The notes beneath the pieces are model-generated. The model did not search any database. It was not told the origin of the DNA and saw only the letters and a list, made by a program, of their open reading frames with translations. A stretch of DNA of 43,073 nt, taken from NCBI GenBank assembly GCA_035527835.1, contig DATKZS010000229.1, positions 1 through 43,073 of the forward strand, in the 5' to 3' direction. Made by a program: the position numbers and the translations under genes. Numbering within the stretch: the first letter of the stretch is position 1; every line of letters begins with the position of its first letter. This stretch comes from a bacterium. GTDB taxonomy: Bacteria > RBG-13-61-14 > DATKZS01. Of this stretch, positions 39,678 to 43,073 are shown piece by piece.

Positions 39678-40340
39678 TCATTTATTTTTAAGCAGCGCCC
39701 GATGCACCACGGCGTTCACGGCGAGGGCCACGGCGAGCAGGATGACGGCCAGGACGGCGGAGCGGGCGAACTCGCCCTTTGACGTTTCCAGGGCGATGGC
39801 GGTGGTGATGGTGCGGGTGTAGCCCCGGATGTTGCCGCCGAGCATGATCACGCTGCCGACCTCCGAGATCACCCGCCCGAACCCGGCGGCCGTCGCGCCC
39901 AGGATGCCGGTCCTGGCCTCCTTGAGCACGGCCAGGTCCGCCTGCCAGTGCCCGGCCCCCAGCGTCAGCGCCGTCGCGCGCACCCTTCTGTCCACCCCGT
40001 CCACCGCCGCGTAGGTCATGGCGGTGATGATGGGCAAGGCCAGGATCACCTGCCCGATGATGACGGCGGTGGGCGTAAACAGCAGTCCGAGCCCGCCCAG
40101 CACCCCGCTCCGGCCTACGATGGAATAGACCAGCAGCCCGATGACCACGGTGGGCAGGCTGAGCATCGTGTTCATCAGGGTCACCAGGTGCCGCTTGCCG
40201 GCGAACTCGCGCGCCGACACCGCGAGTCCCGCCGGCACGGCCAGCAGCGCCGCCACGAAGGTCGCGATCAGCGAGATGCGGAACGACAGTCCCGCGATCT
40301 GCCAGACCTCGGGGTCGAATATCATCCTGAGCTCGGACAT
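39678..40340 (-). CDS. tupB: Tungstate/molybdate-type ABC transporter permease (TupB-like)
   Basis: 220-aa, 5-6 TM permease with an ABC EAA-like loop. Immediately downstream of the TupA-like binding protein. Confidence 0.7.
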   Translation of the reverse strand: MSELRMIFDPEVWQIAGLSFRISLIATFVAALLAVPAGLAVSAREFAGKRHLVTLMNTMLSLPTVVIGLLVYSIVGRSGVLGGLGLLFTPTAVIIGQVILALPIITAMTYAAVDGVDRRVRATALTLGAGHWQADLAVLKEARTGILGATAAGFGRVISEVGSVIMLGGNIRGYTRTITTAIALETSKGEFARSAVLAVILLAVALAVNAVVHRALLKNK

Positions 40341-40401
40341 GACAATTATGAATTATGAAGGATGAAGCATGAATTTTCCAAATGCGCCTGTTTCTCCCAG
40401 C

Positions 40402-41232
40402 TTATTTCTCCATGGCCGGTATGGCGGCGGGATGGAACAGGACCTGGCCCTCGGCCTGGAACGACCCGATCCTGGCCTGGCCCTCCGGGCTCGTGAGCCA
40501 CGCGATCAGGAGCATGGCGTCCATGTAGTTCGCGTCCGGATACCGCGCCGGGTTGGTCGCGATCATGGCATAAGGGTTGTCCAGGGCCGGGTCGTTTTCG
40601 CAAACGATGTCCAGGTCCAGGGTCTTTTTCAGCGCCAGGTACGTGCCGCGGTCGGAAAGGGTGTAGGCCTTCTTCTCGTGGGCCATGCGTAAAGCTTCCT
40701 CCATGCCCTGGCCGATCTCGAGGTAGCGGTCCGCCGCCGGCTTGCCATTGACCAGCGGCCAAAGCTGCAACTCCTTCTTGTTCGTGCCCGAGTCGTCGCC
40801 GCGCGAGATGAACACCGCGTTCTTATTGTCCGTGAGCAGCCCAAGCGCGTCCTTGAGCGACGCCGCGCTTTTGATCCCGGCCGGGTCGGAAGGGGGGCCC
40901 ACGATCACGAAGTCGTTCTTCATGAACGGCCGCCGGTTCACCCCGAACCCCGCATCCACGAACTTCATCTCCGCCTCCGGCGCGTGCACCATCACCACGT
41001 CAACGTCGCCGTTCTCCGCGAGCTTCAGCGCCTTGCCCGTGCCCACCGCGATCACCTGCACCTCGATCCCGTACTCCTTCTCGAAAACCGGCAGCAGGTA
41101 ATCGAGCAGGCCCGAGCTCTGGGTGCTGGTCGTGGTCGCCATCTTCAGCACCCGCTTCCCCTTGGCCGCCGCATGGAGCGCGAACGCCATGAAGAGACAT
41201 ACCATTGCCGCGAGAACTGTTTTCCGGTTCAT
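40402..41232 (-). CDS. tupA: Tungstate ABC transporter substrate-binding protein (TupA/WtpA-like)
   Basis: Signal peptide. KMATTTSTQSSGLLDYL matches the TupA anion-binding TTTST..SGL signature. 276 aa. Confidence 0.8.
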   Translation of the reverse strand: MNRKTVLAAMVCLFMAFALHAAAKGKRVLKMATTTSTQSSGLLDYLLPVFEKEYGIEVQVIAVGTGKALKLAENGDVDVVMVHAPEAEMKFVDAGFGVNRRPFMKNDFVIVGPPSDPAGIKSAASLKDALGLLTDNKNAVFISRGDDSGTNKKELQLWPLVNGKPAADRYLEIGQGMEEALRMAHEKKAYTLSDRGTYLALKKTLDLDIVCENDPALDNPYAMIATNPARYPDANYMDAMLLIAWLTSPEGQARIGSFQAEGQVLFHPAAIPAMEK

Positions 41233-41278
41233 GCCTGCTCCTTTCTCCCTCCGAGTTTTATGGGGCGTTTTTATTAGC

Positions 41279-41507
41279 CGCAGATGAACGCGGATGAACG
41301 CAGATAAGAGTTGATTATTAGAACCGGTTTCATAACCAGGACAAACATCTCGAATGAAAAGATTATTAACCAGGATATTCGGGATTTTCAGGATGATCCC
41401 CGGTTTTTTAATCCTGAAGATCCTTGTTAAAAAATTCTTGTCTGGTTTATGAAACCGCCTCTAATAATATTTTTATTTATCTGCGTTCATCCGCGTTCAT
41501 CTGCGGC
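41279..41507. mobile_element. MITE-like composite: ~60-bp imperfect terminal inverted repeats (outer 27 bp built from 'gatgaacgc' units) flanking an AT-rich core that contains hairpin H9
   Basis: ccgcagatgaacgcggatgaacgcagataagagttgattattagaaccggtttcataacc pairs with the reverse complement of ggtttatgaaaccgcctctaataatatttttatttatctgcgttcatccgcgttcatctgcgg. Lies 47 bp upstream of the tupA start. Confidence 0.55.
41369..41428. repeat. Hairpin H9 ('caggat' class), a degraded homologue of H1 at 5097-5171
   Basis: accaggatattcgggattttcaggat ... atcctgaagatccttgtt. The left flank atgaaaagattattaaccaggatattcgggat is ~90% identical to the H1 flank. Confidence 0.5.
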
Positions 41508-41530
41508 AAAAAAATCCCCCTCTCTCAAAC

Positions 41531-41580
41531 AAAAAAGCCCGTCCCGCGTGTCAACGGGACGGGCCGGCCGTCCTTTTTTC
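41531..41580. terminator. Bidirectional intrinsic terminator (A6-GCCCGTCCCG-loop-CGGGACGGGC-...T6)
   Basis: 10-bp GC stem with an A-run upstream and a T-run downstream. Confidence 0.5.
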
Positions 41581-42021
41581 TCCTTTCCAAGCGCGGGGGG
41601 TCGCGAGGTTTCCCTCACGGCCGAATAGTCGCGTTCCCTGGCCTTGTCTCGGGCGGTAGGCGTGAGCGACTCGGAGATGCTCGGAGTATAACGGAATGCC
41701 CGCCCCAAAGCAAACCCGTACGCCCGGCAAGGGTATCGGGCCTGCCGTCATTGCCCCGCCGCTCCCCTGCTCTTTACCTTTTTACCCAAGGTCCGGTGGC
41801 GCGGGCCTATAAAAAGAGCCGCGTCGCTCTTTAATTATTCAATAACGGAAGGATTGGGCTGCCGCGAGTGGGACGCAATATTGGGAACGGCCCTTGTTCC
41901 TCTGAAAAGATCAAGGATTTGGCAAGGATAGCTGCCGGGGCGATGCCGGCGACGGATTGGCACTATGTTTGCTACATAACAAAACCATAATTTACTAAAT
42001 TAAACGCCCAAGGGAAACTCC

Positions 42022-42642
42022 ATGAATGATGAAGGGTTGATCGGCAATTTAGGGAGTTCGGCGAATGTGACCGGGCCCGGCCGGTTCAACGCGGGCAAAT
42101 CGTCGCCTCACGGCCGGGGCATCGGCCTGGGCAAAGGCGGGGGTGGTCCTGACCGCGGCCCGGCGCGGGCGGACCAGGGCGTGCGCGGCAAGGAGCGGCC
42201 CAAGCCCCGGATCTGCGTGATTGACCCCGAGGAGGAGTTGCTCCTTGACCTGGAAAGCGTGCTCCATGCCATGGGCTACGAGGTCCTGAGCCTTAACCGG
42301 GTGATCGGGGCCTCCAATGAGATCCGGGCGTTCAGCCCGGACCTGCTCATCGTTGACATCCAGATGCCCGCGGTCTCCGGCGGCAAGCTGATCGAGGTAT
42401 TGCGCCGAAACCTCCCTGACATGCCCCTCTTGATCCTCTACTCCCGCCTCCAAGAACCCGACCTCGCCCGCCTGGCCCGTGCCCTCAGAGCCGACGACTT
42501 CATCATCAAAAGCGGCAACCTGCTCTCGCTCGTGAACCGCGTCAAGTTCCACTTGAACCTCCTGGGCCGGCAAAAAGGCATGGGCGTTGCCGCGGCGGAC
42601 CATTCTGTCCTGCCGCGTTTAAATAAAGGAAGAGGTCAATAG
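42022..42642 (+). CDS. Stand-alone CheY-like response-regulator receiver protein with Gly-rich N-terminal extension
   Basis: Receiver signature with the phospho-acceptor Asp in LLIVDIQMP (acidic residues at VIDPEEE) and the conserved Lys. No output domain. 206 aa. Confidence 0.7.
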   Translation: MNDEGLIGNLGSSANVTGPGRFNAGKSSPHGRGIGLGKGGGGPDRGPARADQGVRGKERPKPRICVIDPEEELLLDLESVLHAMGYEVLSLNRVIGASNEIRAFSPDLLIVDIQMPAVSGGKLIEVLRRNLPDMPLLILYSRLQEPDLARLARALRADDFIIKSGNLLSLVNRVKFHLNLLGRQKGMGVAAADHSVLPRLNKGRGQ

Positions 42643-42752
42643 TCCTAAACTTGAATTACAAAAAAACGCGCCCGCAATGACCCGGCCCCGACCTCGGCCG
42701 GGTCATTCATTTTTATAAATTGACTAAGTGCTGTCCAAAATAAACGGACCGG

Positions 42753-42953
42753 AGAACCGCCAAGACGCCAAGAGCGCCAAGGATTATTTTTTAACAAGAT
42801 TTTAAGAGGGCTTGGGTGCGAATGTTTCTTGCTTGGCGCTCCCGTCGGCCGGTTCGCCAAGCCGGTTGGGGCCAACGCTCCGGAGCTGTTCTTTGCCGGG
42901 CCGCCAATAAACATCAGGTTTTACTTGGCGGTCCTTGGCGCTCTTGGCGTCTC
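42753..42953. repeat. Long hairpin of tandem 'gccaag' units (H10) with ~137-nt loop; left arm shares 19 identical nt with H6
   Basis: gagaaccgccaagacgccaagagcgccaaggat ... acttggcggtccttggcgctcttggcgtctc. The loop carries further gccaag-like remnants. Confidence 0.6.
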
Positions 42954-43073
42954 CTATGAATAAAATTGTCAAGTCGCCTCGATGTTAAAGTCATGCACCT
43001 CCGGGGCGCCCGAGGGGGGCACAAGGGTTATCCACAATTTCCACAGGCCTCCGGAAAAGGGGCCTCACGGAGC

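Noticed and set aside
41424-41834. 136-aa and overlapping small ORFs in the region upstream of the receiver gene.
   Set aside because: They span the bidirectional terminator and MITE-like TIR. No RBS, and composition looks non-protein-like.
41581-41900. Checked by eye for SRP RNA (AGGUCCGGAAGGAAGCAGC), RNase P RNA (GGAAAGUCCGGGCUCC) and tmRNA 3' features because of the aaGGTCCGGtggcgcgggcc string.
   Set aside because: Only partial short matches. The flanking conserved elements of these RNAs are absent.

Overview
High-GC (~65%) bacterial chromosomal segment with about 33 supportable protein-coding genes, plus two foreign-looking low-GC patches (1-830 and ~36900-37500).

Core content, in order:
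- trkA-trkH K+ uptake genes (+).
- A minus-strand block zapB-like / zapA / [predicted 6S RNA] / 5-formyl-THF cyclo-ligase / rny / ymdB.
- A CrtI-family FAD oxidoreductase, an M3B oligoendopeptidase (HExxH) and a TAT-exported GH51 arabinofuranosidase.
- A 1256-aa membrane Ser/Thr kinase with ~16 WD40 blades.
- A five-gene minus-strand cluster: family-4 UDG, NfeD, stomatin, and two SPFH proteins.
- A Zn-phospholipase-C-like protein, an ACC-deaminase/D-Cys-desulfhydrase-family PLP enzyme, an unknown 496-aa all-alpha protein, hemL, galT and a GH39 hydrolase.
- A Tim44-like/Zn-ribbon membrane protein, a vWA-TSP3-OmpA protein, an SCP2-like gene followed by an Fe-ADH, tupA/tupB tungstate ABC components, and a CheY-like receiver.

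The most striking non-coding content is two dispersed intergenic repeat families:
1. A REP-like compound palindrome, GGTGG...GACA-N4-TGTC...GACA-N4-TGTC...CCACC, present in 5 copies.
2. At least 10 long hairpins whose stems are built from roughly triplicated 6-9 nt units (gccaag, gcaaag, caggat, gatgaacgc, cagagaca, gcggagtc, aatataga). These include perfect 30-31 bp inverted repeats, homologous copies at distant loci, and one ~230-bp MITE-like composite in the tupA promoter region.

A 179-nt 6S RNA is predicted between zapA and the 5-FCL gene from synteny plus a closing helix read directly from the sequence. No CRISPR array, tRNA or rRNA was found. The many long antisense ORFs in the track are high-GC artefacts.
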